From: a virus
Virus record (IMG/VR): IMGVR_UViG_3300039065_000016
Length of the DNA stretch: 64,000 nt
Strand: one strand, 5' to 3'
Shown: positions 49,668 to 58,765 of the stretch, piece by piece
How positions within the stretch are numbered: position 1 is the first letter of the stretch
How the letters are laid out: each line of letters opens with the position of its first letter
Made by a program: the position numbers and the translations under genes
Notes under the pieces: generated by a model
Told to the model about the DNA's origin: nothing
What the model saw: only the letters and a program-made list of their open reading frames with translations
Database searches by the model: none

Positions 49668-50708
49668 ATGGCACGAAAACCCAAGAATGGCATCATGATC
49701 TTCGATCTGGACGGATGCGTCTTCGACGATAGCCACCGTAAAAGCTTCGCCCTGGAAAAGCAATGGGACGAGTACCATTCCCGCCTCGACAAGGACAAGC
49801 TCAATCCGCATGCAGTAGCACGAATCCGTAACGCCATCGACGCCGACCTGATGATTTTCTTCATCACCGGCCGAACCGACAACAACTATTTCCAGACCAG
49901 GGCGAAAATCCATCGCGACCTGGGTATCGCCGAACATCGCGAATATGAGCTCATCATGCGGGAGTATGGAAGCACCCAGCCGGCGCCGGAGTTCAAGCGC
50001 TCAGTCGCGCTAGATATTTTGAAGAAGATCGACGGCCTGACAAAGATCGTCGCGGCATTCGATGACCGCCAGGATATCATCGACGCCTACAAGGGCCTGG
50101 GCATCGACGCCTATATCCTGGACCTGGAAGGCTGCGATGCGCCGTTCTTCGCCGTCGCGGCCGATAGCGATCCCGGTAGCGCGCCCAACGACATAGCAGG
50201 CGAGCCGTTCCCGGTCGCCCCGGACTCCGCCCCTACCCTCGACGAGGCGTTTGCGCAGGCCCCGTCTCCGCTCTACGAAGCACCGGCCGAAGAGCCAGCC
50301 GAAGAGCCGGCCGAAGAGCCGACCGAAGACGCAGCAGCGCCGTTCGCCATGGAATCCGCCTGGCCTGGTGACGGTGATGCCGATCCCGATGATTTCGTGG
50401 AGGATGTTCTCAACAACCTGTCCTCAGCCGCAGAAATTTTCCGCGACCGCCAGAGCGCTTATGGTCGAAATGATCTGATGTATGGCAAGATCATGGAAAT
50501 CCTCTTCCCGAATGGCATGGTGGCGAAGACCGCAGATGATCATCGGCTCGCCCTGTTCGTGATGCATACAGTTGGCAAACTCACTCGCCTGGCGAATAGT
50601 GGGTTTGAGGATGACGATTCGGTATTTGACTTGATCAACTATTCAGCGTTCGTCCACGCCACCATGCACTCCGGCCGCATCACGCCGAAAGACGGACAGA
50701 AGGCATAA
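49668..50708 (+). CDS. HAD-superfamily phosphatase fused to an all-alpha NTP-pyrophosphohydrolase-like C-terminal domain
   Basis: IMIFDLDGCVFDD (DxDxV motif I), FFITGRTD (motif II) and AAFDDRQD (motif IV). A (PAEE)n linker follows. The C-terminal FRDRQSAYGRNDLMYGKIMEILF...KLTRLAN...DDDSVFDLINYSAF looks MazG/DUF6378-like from memory. Confidence 0.6.
   Translation: MARKPKNGIMIFDLDGCVFDDSHRKSFALEKQWDEYHSRLDKDKLNPHAVARIRNAIDADLMIFFITGRTDNNYFQTRAKIHRDLGIAEHREYELIMREYGSTQPAPEFKRSVALDILKKIDGLTKIVAAFDDRQDIIDAYKGLGIDAYILDLEGCDAPFFAVAADSDPGSAPNDIAGEPFPVAPDSAPTLDEAFAQAPSPLYEAPAEEPAEEPAEEPTEDAAAPFAMESAWPGDGDADPDDFVEDVLNNLSSAAEIFRDRQSAYGRNDLMYGKIMEILFPNGMVAKTADDHRLALFVMHTVGKLTRLANSGFEDDDSVFDLINYSAFVHATMHSGRITPKDGQKA
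50283..50330 (+). repeat. 12-nt tandem repeat x4 (encodes PAEE PAEE PAEE PTED)
   Basis: ccggccgaagag ccagccgaagag ccggccgaagag ccgaccgaagac. Confidence 0.9.
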
Positions 50709-50735
50709 ACCCTGCGCCGTTGCGGTATACTCTTC

Positions 50736-50766
50736 AGGCCGGTCGCGAAAGCAGCCGGCCTTTCGA
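50736..50766 (+). terminator. weak hairpin after the HAD-fusion gene
   Basis: aggccgg-12 nt-ccggcct followed by ttcgac. Confidence 0.3.
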
Positions 50767-50783
50767 CATAAGAGGGAACAGAC

Positions 50784-51338
50784 ATGAGATTCGCCGTATG
50801 GGATACTGAGACCACAGGACTCCCGTTCCACCAGAGGGTAAGTCTGAGAAAGCAACCGAGGATCATTGAATTCGCCGGAGTGATCACCGATGGCGAGACG
50901 ATTTTGGATGAAGTCGAGTTCATTTGCAACCCTGGGATTGTGATAGAAGAAATCATTACAAAGATCACAGGCCTGAAGAATGAAGACTTAATCAAACACC
51001 CATCGTTCCTCGATCAACGCCAGAAAGTTCGCGATTTCTTTTCGAAGGCCGACGCAAATATTGCCCACAACCTTCCATTCGATAAATTCATGCTTACCTG
51101 CGATTTGGCTCGCGGAAAGCTCGGCCTGGAAGAAGTCAACTTCCCATCGCTCGATATCTGTACTGTAGAAGAGTCGGCGCCATTGTTCGGCCACCGCATG
51201 CGGCTGCAGCATCTGTATGAGCACTACTGCGGCCCTTATGTTCAGAAGCACCGGGCATTGGACGACGTGCGGCTGCTCCACGAAGTTTGCAAGCGCATGG
51301 GAGTATATCGAGCATATCAAGCAATGGAGGCCGCATAA
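50784..51338 (+). CDS. dnaQ: DnaQ-like DEDDh 3'-5' exonuclease
   Basis: FAVWDTETTG (Exo I), AHNLPFDKFML (Exo II) and HRALDDVRLL (Exo III). TAATG coupling to the polymerase gene. Confidence 0.8.
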   Translation: MRFAVWDTETTGLPFHQRVSLRKQPRIIEFAGVITDGETILDEVEFICNPGIVIEEIITKITGLKNEDLIKHPSFLDQRQKVRDFFSKADANIAHNLPFDKFMLTCDLARGKLGLEEVNFPSLDICTVEESAPLFGHRMRLQHLYEHYCGPYVQKHRALDDVRLLHEVCKRMGVYRAYQAMEAA

Positions 51339-54300
51339 TGTCTTTCCCTCAACTCCGCGTTCGCTCCGGCTACTCATACGGCGCCGCATATGGCAGGTTT
51401 CCGGAAATCATTGAGCGCGCCAAAGAAATCGAATCGCCCTTTGTCGCCATCGTCGATGATGGGACATGGGGCCACGTCCGCTGGGAGCAGGCTGCCACCA
51501 AGGCAGAACTTCCTCGCGGATTCGGCATGGAAATCCCGATCAAATGCGCCGATGATGGTGACAAAGAGCTGAAACTGAAAGCCTGGGCGCTAGCCAAAGA
51601 TACCAGAAAGTTCTATCGCCTGACGTCCAAAACTGTCCAGAATCAAGGATTGTCTCCCCAAGAATTCCAGGATGCTGACGGCGTCATCAAGTTCGCCGGC
51701 GAGGCCTATGCCTACTTGGACTTGGCCGGAATCGATTACATTGACATCAATCCTGCGTCGATGGTAGCCGCACACGGCGCTATGGAGACGGCCAGGGCGT
51801 TCGGCAAGCCTGTGGTGATTACCTCCTACAACGACATGCCGTCCATCGACCATGCAGATTTTGCTTCGGCCTGGAAGGTTCGGGAATCGGTCGGCCTTCG
51901 CCACATCGCGACTGAGGAAGAGTTGTGGGCCCGTCTTCGCCATATCATGACCCGCGAAGAGTTCGACAAAGCCGTTGCCAATACGCATGCGGTGGTCGAG
52001 CAGCTGGTCGACGTAAAGCTGGCGAAAGCGCCGATGATCCACCTGGATGGTGATATCGTCGCCCTGGCTCGCGAGGGCCAAGCCTACCGTCTCAGTCGCG
52101 GCCACATCAAGGAATGGACCCAAGTTTACGAAGATCGGTTCCAGGAAGAAATCAAGCAGATTCAGCTGAAAGACTTCGACAGCTACTTTCTGGTTGTGGC
52201 CGATCTGGTTGCCTTCGCCAAGAAGCATATGCTGGTCGGTCCGGCTCGCGGCTCTTCGGCCGGCTCTTTGGTCTGCTACCTGCTGGGAATTACCGAGGTC
52301 GATCCGCTCCCGCATCGCCTTCTCTTCCAGCGCTTTATCGACATTTCCCGTTCCGATCTTCCCGATATAGATATCGACTTCGCCGATACCCATCGCTATC
52401 TAGTGTTCGAATATCTCCAGCAGAAATACGGCACTTGGAACGTGGTAAAGCTTGGGAACATCAACACACTAAAGGCCGCGTCGGTTATCGCTCACGTCGG
52501 AAAGCGCTTCGGCATTCCATTCCATGACACCGACAACATCAAAAACTCGATCATCGAATATACTTCGGCGGACGAACGATATGGAAAAGGATTGGAGGAC
52601 ACTTTCGAAAAGACTCAACCCGGCCGCGACTTCCGCGAAAAGTATGAGATTGCGTCCGCCTGCATGGGCGACCTCGAAATTCACCCATCCCACTCCGGCG
52701 TCCACGCGGCAGGCATCCTGGTCTGCAACGATGAAGTAATCGATTTCTGTACGGTTACTTCTGAAGGCGTCGCGCAGCTCGACAAGCCTGATTCGGAATA
52801 TTTGAATCTTCTCAAGATTGACGCGCTAGGTCTTCGAACGCTGGGCGTAATTCAAGATGCGAATTGCGTGACGGCGCAAGAGTTGTACGACTTGCCGCTG
52901 AACGACAAGGCGGTTTTGGATGTTCTCAACGAAGACAAGATGTCAGGCATCTTCCAGTTCGAAGGCCAGGCCGTCCGCTCGGTCGCCAATGCGATAAACA
53001 TCACCGCGTTCGAAAACATCGACCACATCACGGCGCTCGCTCGTCCGGGTCCGTTGTCTTCGGGCATGGCCACGAAATACATCGAGCGCGTAGCCGGTCG
53101 CGAGCCTGTGACCTATACCATTCCGCAGGTCGAGCAGTATTTGTCGGGGACGTATGGCGTGTTCCTGTACCAAGAACAGATCATGTCAATTGTTAAGGAC
53201 ATTGGTCAGTTCGACTGGGAACAAACGTCGGCGATCCGGAAAGCGATGTCGGCGCGGAAGGGCGAAGAGTTCTTCAACAAGCGCCGAGAATTGTTCATCG
53301 AGGGCGCCAAGACCATAGGCGTCGCCCCGGAAGACGCTCACCGAGTTTGGCAGGAAATGGTGACATTCGGCGCCTGGGGATTCAACCGCTCCCACTCTGT
53401 AAGCTATGCCGTGGTGACGTACTGGACTTGCTACATGAAGCGGTATCATCGCCTGGAATACGCGGCCGCGTGCCTTCGGGCGGCGAAGGACGACCAGCAA
53501 ACTGTGTCTATCCTTCGCGAATTGGCCAAAGAAGGCGTAGAATATACGGCCCTGGACCCGGAGCATTCCGAACTCAACTGGGTTGTAGCGGACGGACGCC
53601 TGATCGGCGGCATCATGAACGCCAAAGGCTTCGGCCCGGCTAAGGCCGAGCGATTCTTGCGTCTTCGCGAGGAAGTCAAGGCCGCGAGGATCGCCCTGGC
53701 CAATTGCCCGATTTCGGCGCAGGATGTAGAGGATAAGGCCGATGACGTTGCCGCGCTGGAAGCCCAGATTCTTTCGGCGAAAGTAAGCAGAGACAAAGAA
53801 CTGGAGAAGCTACTCAAAGCTGATCTCAAGGAGTTGAAAGCTGAACTGAAGGAGTTGAAGGCGCAATATAAAGAGCTGGCCGGCTCCCATCTTAAAACGC
53901 TTCAGGATTGGGAGAAAGTTGCCGCGAGTTTGTCGAATTCTGAGGTTCAATTCGCGGATTTGAATGAATCTCATACGCTCTGGGGTCATGCCTATGACAA
54001 TCCTGAGTTGGTTGGGGTGACTTCCGGAAATCCCATTCAGAACATTCGTGATATCCGCGATGGCGACGATGGCCTAGTTATCGTCAAGCTGGTAAAGAAA
54101 GTTCTGTCGGATGAGAATGAACCGATCCGCCAGAAGAAGAGGGCTGACCAAGGAAAGAATCCGGTGTACAAAGGCCAGTCGCAGTTCCTCGATTTGATGT
54201 GCGTGGATGACTCGGTTGACCAACCGATTCGTTTCAGGATTCGCCCTGAAAAATATCTTCAGTACGGTAAGAATATCGCCGAAGGTACGCCTACCGGCTC

Positions 54301-54445
54301 TTGGTTCCTCATCAAAGGATGGAAGCTCAGCGGAATCGATATGTTCATCGTGAAGGCCGTCAAGCGGATATTGACCGAACGCGAGAAAGCAAAGTTGGCA
54401 GCGCAAGCAGAGAAAGATTCCGAAGAGGGGAATGGCGATGAATGA
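51338..54445 (+). CDS. dnaE: C-family DNA polymerase (Pol III alpha-like)
   Basis: GPARGSSAGSLVCYLLGITEVDP and FQRFIDISRSDLPDIDIDF match the Pol III alpha palm signatures. The N-terminal PHP-like QLRVRSGYS lacks the His/Asp ligands of HLHVHSxYS. Start ATG 51338 (track 51287 trimmed). Confidence 0.85.
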   Translation: MSFPQLRVRSGYSYGAAYGRFPEIIERAKEIESPFVAIVDDGTWGHVRWEQAATKAELPRGFGMEIPIKCADDGDKELKLKAWALAKDTRKFYRLTSKTVQNQGLSPQEFQDADGVIKFAGEAYAYLDLAGIDYIDINPASMVAAHGAMETARAFGKPVVITSYNDMPSIDHADFASAWKVRESVGLRHIATEEELWARLRHIMTREEFDKAVANTHAVVEQLVDVKLAKAPMIHLDGDIVALAREGQAYRLSRGHIKEWTQVYEDRFQEEIKQIQLKDFDSYFLVVADLVAFAKKHMLVGPARGSSAGSLVCYLLGITEVDPLPHRLLFQRFIDISRSDLPDIDIDFADTHRYLVFEYLQQKYGTWNVVKLGNINTLKAASVIAHVGKRFGIPFHDTDNIKNSIIEYTSADERYGKGLEDTFEKTQPGRDFREKYEIASACMGDLEIHPSHSGVHAAGILVCNDEVIDFCTVTSEGVAQLDKPDSEYLNLLKIDALGLRTLGVIQDANCVTAQELYDLPLNDKAVLDVLNEDKMSGIFQFEGQAVRSVANAINITAFENIDHITALARPGPLSSGMATKYIERVAGREPVTYTIPQVEQYLSGTYGVFLYQEQIMSIVKDIGQFDWEQTSAIRKAMSARKGEEFFNKRRELFIEGAKTIGVAPEDAHRVWQEMVTFGAWGFNRSHSVSYAVVTYWTCYMKRYHRLEYAAACLRAAKDDQQTVSILRELAKEGVEYTALDPEHSELNWVVADGRLIGGIMNAKGFGPAKAERFLRLREEVKAARIALANCPISAQDVEDKADDVAALEAQILSAKVSRDKELEKLLKADLKELKAELKELKAQYKELAGSHLKTLQDWEKVAASLSNSEVQFADLNESHTLWGHAYDNPELVGVTSGNPIQNIRDIRDGDDGLVIVKLVKKVLSDENEPIRQKKRADQGKNPVYKGQSQFLDLMCVDDSVDQPIRFRIRPEKYLQYGKNIAEGTPTGSWFLIKGWKLSGIDMFIVKAVKRILTEREKAKLAAQAEKDSEEGNGDE

Positions 54446-54848
54446 TCGCGAAACGAAAGCCGCGAATGCGTTTAAGCAACGCTCGCTAGGCAGAATCCTG
54501 GTCGATTTCCTGGAGACGCGCCGGTCCGGCATGTCCGATTCGATATGCCTGAATCGTCACGGTGTCCAGTTTTGGGTCGAGTTCAAGGCTCTGGAAGCTT
54601 GGCCAAAGCGCACCTCTACCTGCCCAATGGCGCGCTGTTTCGAGCCTGGGCAAATCCCTTTCCTTCGGGAGCGGATCGGCTGGGGTGGTCGCGGCTTCGT
54701 TCTGGTGAAAATCGGAACCGATTGGCTGCTCCTGAATCCAATGCTCGATCTGTTCGATCTTAACAGCCGCGACCTGGTGGAAGTCGCGAGTCATGCAGAA
54801 GGACTGGACAACATCATTCAATTTCTCGCCGATCTGGAGAACAAATGA
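54438..54848 (+). CDS. VRR-NUC / PD-(D/E)xK-type nuclease
   Basis: SDSICLNRHGVQFWVEFKA gives a D...E-x-K pattern. The typical position immediately upstream of an SNF2 helicase fits. ATG 54438 lies 7 nt after GAGGGG. Confidence 0.5.
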   Translation: MNDRETKAANAFKQRSLGRILVDFLETRRSGMSDSICLNRHGVQFWVEFKALEAWPKRTSTCPMARCFEPGQIPFLRERIGWGGRGFVLVKIGTDWLLLNPMLDLFDLNSRDLVEVASHAEGLDNIIQFLADLENK

Positions 54849-56404
54849 AAGCCAAAACCTTTCCAGTCAAGGGCATGAAGACCGAGGCGATGCAACACCA
54901 GTTCAATGCCCTGGAGGCTTCCCTTAACAAAAGGAATTTCGCATACCTGATGGAGCAAGGCACCGGGAAGACCTGGACTACTTTGGCAGACTCAGTTAGG
55001 CTCTTCCTGCAAGGAAGGGTTGACGCGCTGCTCATCGTCGCCCCCAAGGGCGTACACACGAACTGGATTCTGCGCGAGATTCCCACCCACGTTGCTATCA
55101 AGACTCTGTGCGTGGATTGGCGCGGCCGACCGACTTCCAAAAAGGCCAGGGCGCGTCTGGATCGTCTGTATGCCGAGACATTCGCTGATGAAAAAGTTCT
55201 TCGGGTCTTTGCCATAAACGTCGATGCCATCAACCATCAGTCTGGCTATGACGAAGTGGAGCGATTCCTTAAGACGTTCAAAGTCTGCGCAATTGTGGAT
55301 GAATCAACGAGGATCAAGAACCCACAGGCCAAACGAGCGAAAAAGATCGTAAAGCTGGGCGAGAAGGCCGTGGCGCGCCGCATACTCTCTGGTACGCCTC
55401 TGACGCGAGCGCCTACGGATTTGTTTATGCAGTTTCAATTCCTGCGTGATGGAATTCTGGGGACGAAATCCTATCGCGCGTTCGTGGCTGAATTTTCCGT
55501 TCTGGTTCCAAGTGACGACCCGCGAATGGTCGCCATCATGCGCAAATTGGATGGGAAGAGCACTGTTCCACCTCAGCTCGTCGAAAAAGACGATTTTGGG
55601 CGACCAGTATTCCGAAATCTTGACAAACTGCGGTCCCTGATCGAGCCGCACAGCTTCCGGGTCACGAAGAAAGAGGCATTGCCATTCCTGCCAGAAAAGG
55701 TTTACAAGCGCATATATTTCGAAATGTCGCCGGAGCAAAGGAAGATTTATCAGCGCGTTGAAGAGGACTACCATTTCGTGCTCAAGAACGAAGATTTCAT
55801 GCTGGATGTATCGTTCGATGCAGCAGCAGCGCGTTCGAAACTCAAGCAAGTGGCGTCCGGCTATATCAACGTCTATGGGGAACCGGTGATCCTGCCGCCC
55901 GAAGACAACCCGCGATTCGCGGTATTCACCGACCTTCTGGAGGGTCTGTTGGAGGAAGACCCGGAACGGTCTATCATCATCTGGGCCATGCGGATTCACG
56001 AAATCGGCCAGATCGCTGCGTATCTTGAGGCCCAAGGAATTTCGTTTGGAGCCTATTATGGCGAGACCAAAGAGGCAGAACGAGAAAAACTGATCGATGA
56101 TTTTCAGGCAAAGCGCGTCCAAGTCTTCCTGGGAAACCCGGCCGCTGCTGGGATCGGAATCACGCTCACTGCCGCAGACGTGGCAATTTACTACACGACC
56201 GACGAAGACAACGAGTTGCGGATGCAGTCCGAAGACAGAAACCATCGCATCGGGACCATCAACTCTGTCCTGTACTTCGACCTCATCTGTCTGGACTCCA
56301 TCGACGAGAAAATCCAGGTTAGCTTGGAGTGGAAGCGCAATCTTGCGAGTTATGTCGTCGATGGAGTGTTCGAGGCTGACGTTAGCACTCGCGACGAAAT
56401 TTAA
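54845..56404 (+). CDS. SNF2-family helicase/translocase
   Basis: MEQGTGKTW (motif I), AIVDESTRIKN (motif II), LSGTPL (motif III) and QSEDRNHRIGT (motif VI). ATGA overlap. Confidence 0.8.
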   Translation: MKAKTFPVKGMKTEAMQHQFNALEASLNKRNFAYLMEQGTGKTWTTLADSVRLFLQGRVDALLIVAPKGVHTNWILREIPTHVAIKTLCVDWRGRPTSKKARARLDRLYAETFADEKVLRVFAINVDAINHQSGYDEVERFLKTFKVCAIVDESTRIKNPQAKRAKKIVKLGEKAVARRILSGTPLTRAPTDLFMQFQFLRDGILGTKSYRAFVAEFSVLVPSDDPRMVAIMRKLDGKSTVPPQLVEKDDFGRPVFRNLDKLRSLIEPHSFRVTKKEALPFLPEKVYKRIYFEMSPEQRKIYQRVEEDYHFVLKNEDFMLDVSFDAAAARSKLKQVASGYINVYGEPVILPPEDNPRFAVFTDLLEGLLEEDPERSIIIWAMRIHEIGQIAAYLEAQGISFGAYYGETKEAEREKLIDDFQAKRVQVFLGNPAAAGIGITLTAADVAIYYTTDEDNELRMQSEDRNHRIGTINSVLYFDLICLDSIDEKIQVSLEWKRNLASYVVDGVFEADVSTRDEI

Positions 56405-56498
56405 TATGTAAATCAGTAGCCGTATCAAGGAAGATGCGGCATAATATCTACTCAATACTTAGTTCAAGTAAGGGAACATCACTAAGTTGGAGGCTGAC

Positions 56499-57119
56499 AT
56501 GAGCGAGCAAGAATTGGAAGTTCCGGAGTATCTGAAGGACAATGCGCCGGGCGAAATTGACTATTTCGGCGTCATGGATGAAATGGCAGTCGAAGCTACC
56601 GACATCGGCCATCGACTGCTGAACTTGGTGGACAAGGCTTCGCAGCTGGACGGCGAAATCCTCGAATTGCAAAAGGCGCTGGCCGAAAAAGAAGAAGAGC
56701 TGAAGACCCTCAAGCGCAATACCATTCCTGAACTTCTGGAGGAACTCGGCCAGAAGACCACGACTCTGGCTGATGGCCGCACGGTAAAAGTCGAGCCGAA
56801 AGCCATCATTTCCGTCAAGGAAGAGAACAAGTCGAAGTTCTGGAAGTGGCTGGAAGACACAGACAACGACGGCATCATCAAGACCAAAGTTCTGGCAGAA
56901 TTCGGTCGCGGAGAAATGGAAGATGCGAAGAAGGCGGCCGAAGCGATCATCGAAGCCGGCTATGACGCCACCATCAACCGCGATGTTCACTACCAGACCC
57001 TCCAGGCGTTCGGTCGCGAGTACCTGGAGAAGGGCGAAGAGTTGCCAGATTTCATCGGCGTCCACGAATATAAAGAGGCCAAGATCACGAAGCCGAAGGT
57101 GAAAAAGAGCAAATCTTAA
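56499..57119 (+). CDS. coiled-coil protein (206 aa), Gam/Gp157-like layout, function unassigned
   Basis: ATG 6 nt after GGAGG (the track start 56487 is TTG). An N-terminal coiled coil is followed by a beta-rich segment. Confidence 0.6.
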   Translation: MSEQELEVPEYLKDNAPGEIDYFGVMDEMAVEATDIGHRLLNLVDKASQLDGEILELQKALAEKEEELKTLKRNTIPELLEELGQKTTTLADGRTVKVEPKAIISVKEENKSKFWKWLEDTDNDGIIKTKVLAEFGRGEMEDAKKAAEAIIEAGYDATINRDVHYQTLQAFGREYLEKGEELPDFIGVHEYKEAKITKPKVKKSKS

Positions 57120-57131
57120 CATGTAATTTGC

Positions 57132-57159
57132 TTTACTTCGCTGCAACTTCCGTTATTAT
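57132..57159 (+). promoter_or_regulatory. promoter for the SSB-candidate gene
   Basis: TTGCTTTACT-16 nt-TATTAT. Confidence 0.55.
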
Positions 57160-57207
57160 AAACCCACAGTTAGCGATAACTGAAATTCGACAAACAAGGA
57201 GCCTAAC

Positions 57208-58104
57208 ATGGCTGGCAAGAAAACCGAGACTTCCGAAGCAACCGAAGAAACCAAGGCCGTTGCAGTGGCCAACGGCGGCGCCGTCGCGACTACTGACGTT
57301 CCCGACTTCATGGACCTGGGCGCGTATGACGGCGCTGGTTTCGAAGGGGCTGACGCAGATTCCTATGCCATTCCCTTCATCCAAGTGCTGCAAAAGATGT
57401 CGCCGCAGGTCGATGAAGACGACCCGAAATACATCGAGGGCGCGAAGGCCGGCATGTTCCTGAATACCGTCACCGGCAAGATTTACGACGGCAAAACCGG
57501 TCTGCTGATCATCCCGGCCGCGTATCGTCGCGAGTTCATTCGCTGGGCCGGCCGCGATGCCGAAGGCGGTTTCAAAGGGTCCATCAGCGTCGAAGACTTC
57601 AAGGAAATGATGAAAGACCCGACCAAGGTGAAGGAAGTAGAAGGGCGACTGTACGCGCCGAACGAAGACGGTTCGGTAAGCGACAAGAAATCTGATTACT
57701 TCGCCGACACCCGTGGCCATTACGTCATCGTCATCGATCCGGAAACCGGCGATTTCGGCCAGGCCCTGATCTCCCTGTCGTCTTCGCAGATCAAGGCCTC
57801 GAAGAAGCTCATGACCGCGCTGTCCCAGAAGAAAGTCCAGACTCCGCAGGGCCTGCGCACCCCGCCGACTTTCGCCAACCTGGTCCGCATGACCACCGTC
57901 GGTCTGTCGAACGACAAGGGCAGCTGGTCCGGCGTCCAGTTCGAACTGGAAGGCCTGGTGAAAAACCCGGATCACTTCAAGGCTGCGGCCGATCTGTACA
58001 AGTCGTTCGTCGGCGGCGAAGTGAAGGTGGACTACAGCAAGCAGGAACAGCCTCGCGGCGACACCGGCGGCGTTGGCGGCGCTACCGAAGCCGAAGAGTT
58101 CTAA
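57208..58104 (+). CDS. single-stranded DNA-binding protein candidate (298 aa)
   Basis: AAGGAG SD. Has its own promoter and terminator. The C-terminal acidic tail ends in Phe (GGATEAEEF), as in T7 gp2.5 and bacterial SSB tails. No fold-level evidence. Confidence 0.4.
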   Translation: MAGKKTETSEATEETKAVAVANGGAVATTDVPDFMDLGAYDGAGFEGADADSYAIPFIQVLQKMSPQVDEDDPKYIEGAKAGMFLNTVTGKIYDGKTGLLIIPAAYRREFIRWAGRDAEGGFKGSISVEDFKEMMKDPTKVKEVEGRLYAPNEDGSVSDKKSDYFADTRGHYVIVIDPETGDFGQALISLSSSQIKASKKLMTALSQKKVQTPQGLRTPPTFANLVRMTTVGLSNDKGSWSGVQFELEGLVKNPDHFKAAADLYKSFVGGEVKVDYSKQEQPRGDTGGVGGATEAEEF

Positions 58105-58117
58105 CGTCAACGGCCAG

Positions 58118-58148
58118 AGAAAGGCGCTGTAATGGCGCCTTTCTTTTG
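58118..58148 (+). terminator. intrinsic terminator
   Basis: aaaggcgc-7 nt-gcgccttt followed by cttttg. Confidence 0.75.
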
Positions 58149-58159
58149 AGGAATCGAAA

Positions 58160-58765
58160 ATGGACTGGAAGGACATAGGTAGTAAGATCGGCGCTGCTGC
58201 CCCGGCCCTGGGGTCGCTCCTGGGTGGGCCTGCAGGCGCCGCCGTTGGCGCTATCGTCGCGACGGCTCTAGGGTCGAAGGCCGACCCAGCATCGGTCGCG
58301 AGCGCTCTAGACGCGAATCCGGAGGCTCTAGCGCGCCTCGCAGAACTCCAGAGCGCCGAGCGTGTTCGTCTCCAGGAACTGGCCATCCAGGCCGAACAAA
58401 ACCGTCTTCAGTCTGAGCAGAACCAGCTCCAGGCCGAACTCAGCCAGTTCGCCGCCGAGGCGGCAGACAGAGATTCGGCGAGAAGGCTTGCCGCGCAACA
58501 AAATGACTTCGTTCGCCCGGCGATAACCTTCGCTCTTCTGACCGGTTCCATTCTCATCATCATCGCAATTTTCACATTCGGCCGCGAGGCGCTGATGGAC
58601 CCGACTTCCTCTGTCGCCATCGGCACTATCATCGGCTATTGGTTTGCCGAACTGAAGTCTGTTATGGCCTTTTACTTCGGCACCACTAAGGACGGATCGC
58701 GCCAGAGCACGGCGTCCATCATCAACGCAGTCAAATCCCAAATACAGAAGGAATCGAAAGAATGA
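58160..58765 (+). CDS. holin-like membrane protein (gene-transfer-agent-type holin family candidate)
   Basis: Gly/Ala-rich N-terminus (GAAAPALGSLLGGPAGAAVGAIVATALG), a coiled coil and two C-terminal TM helices. The family assignment is from memory. Confidence 0.45.
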   Translation: MDWKDIGSKIGAAAPALGSLLGGPAGAAVGAIVATALGSKADPASVASALDANPEALARLAELQSAERVRLQELAIQAEQNRLQSEQNQLQAELSQFAAEAADRDSARRLAAQQNDFVRPAITFALLTGSILIIIAIFTFGREALMDPTSSVAIGTIIGYWFAELKSVMAFYFGTTKDGSRQSTASIINAVKSQIQKESKE

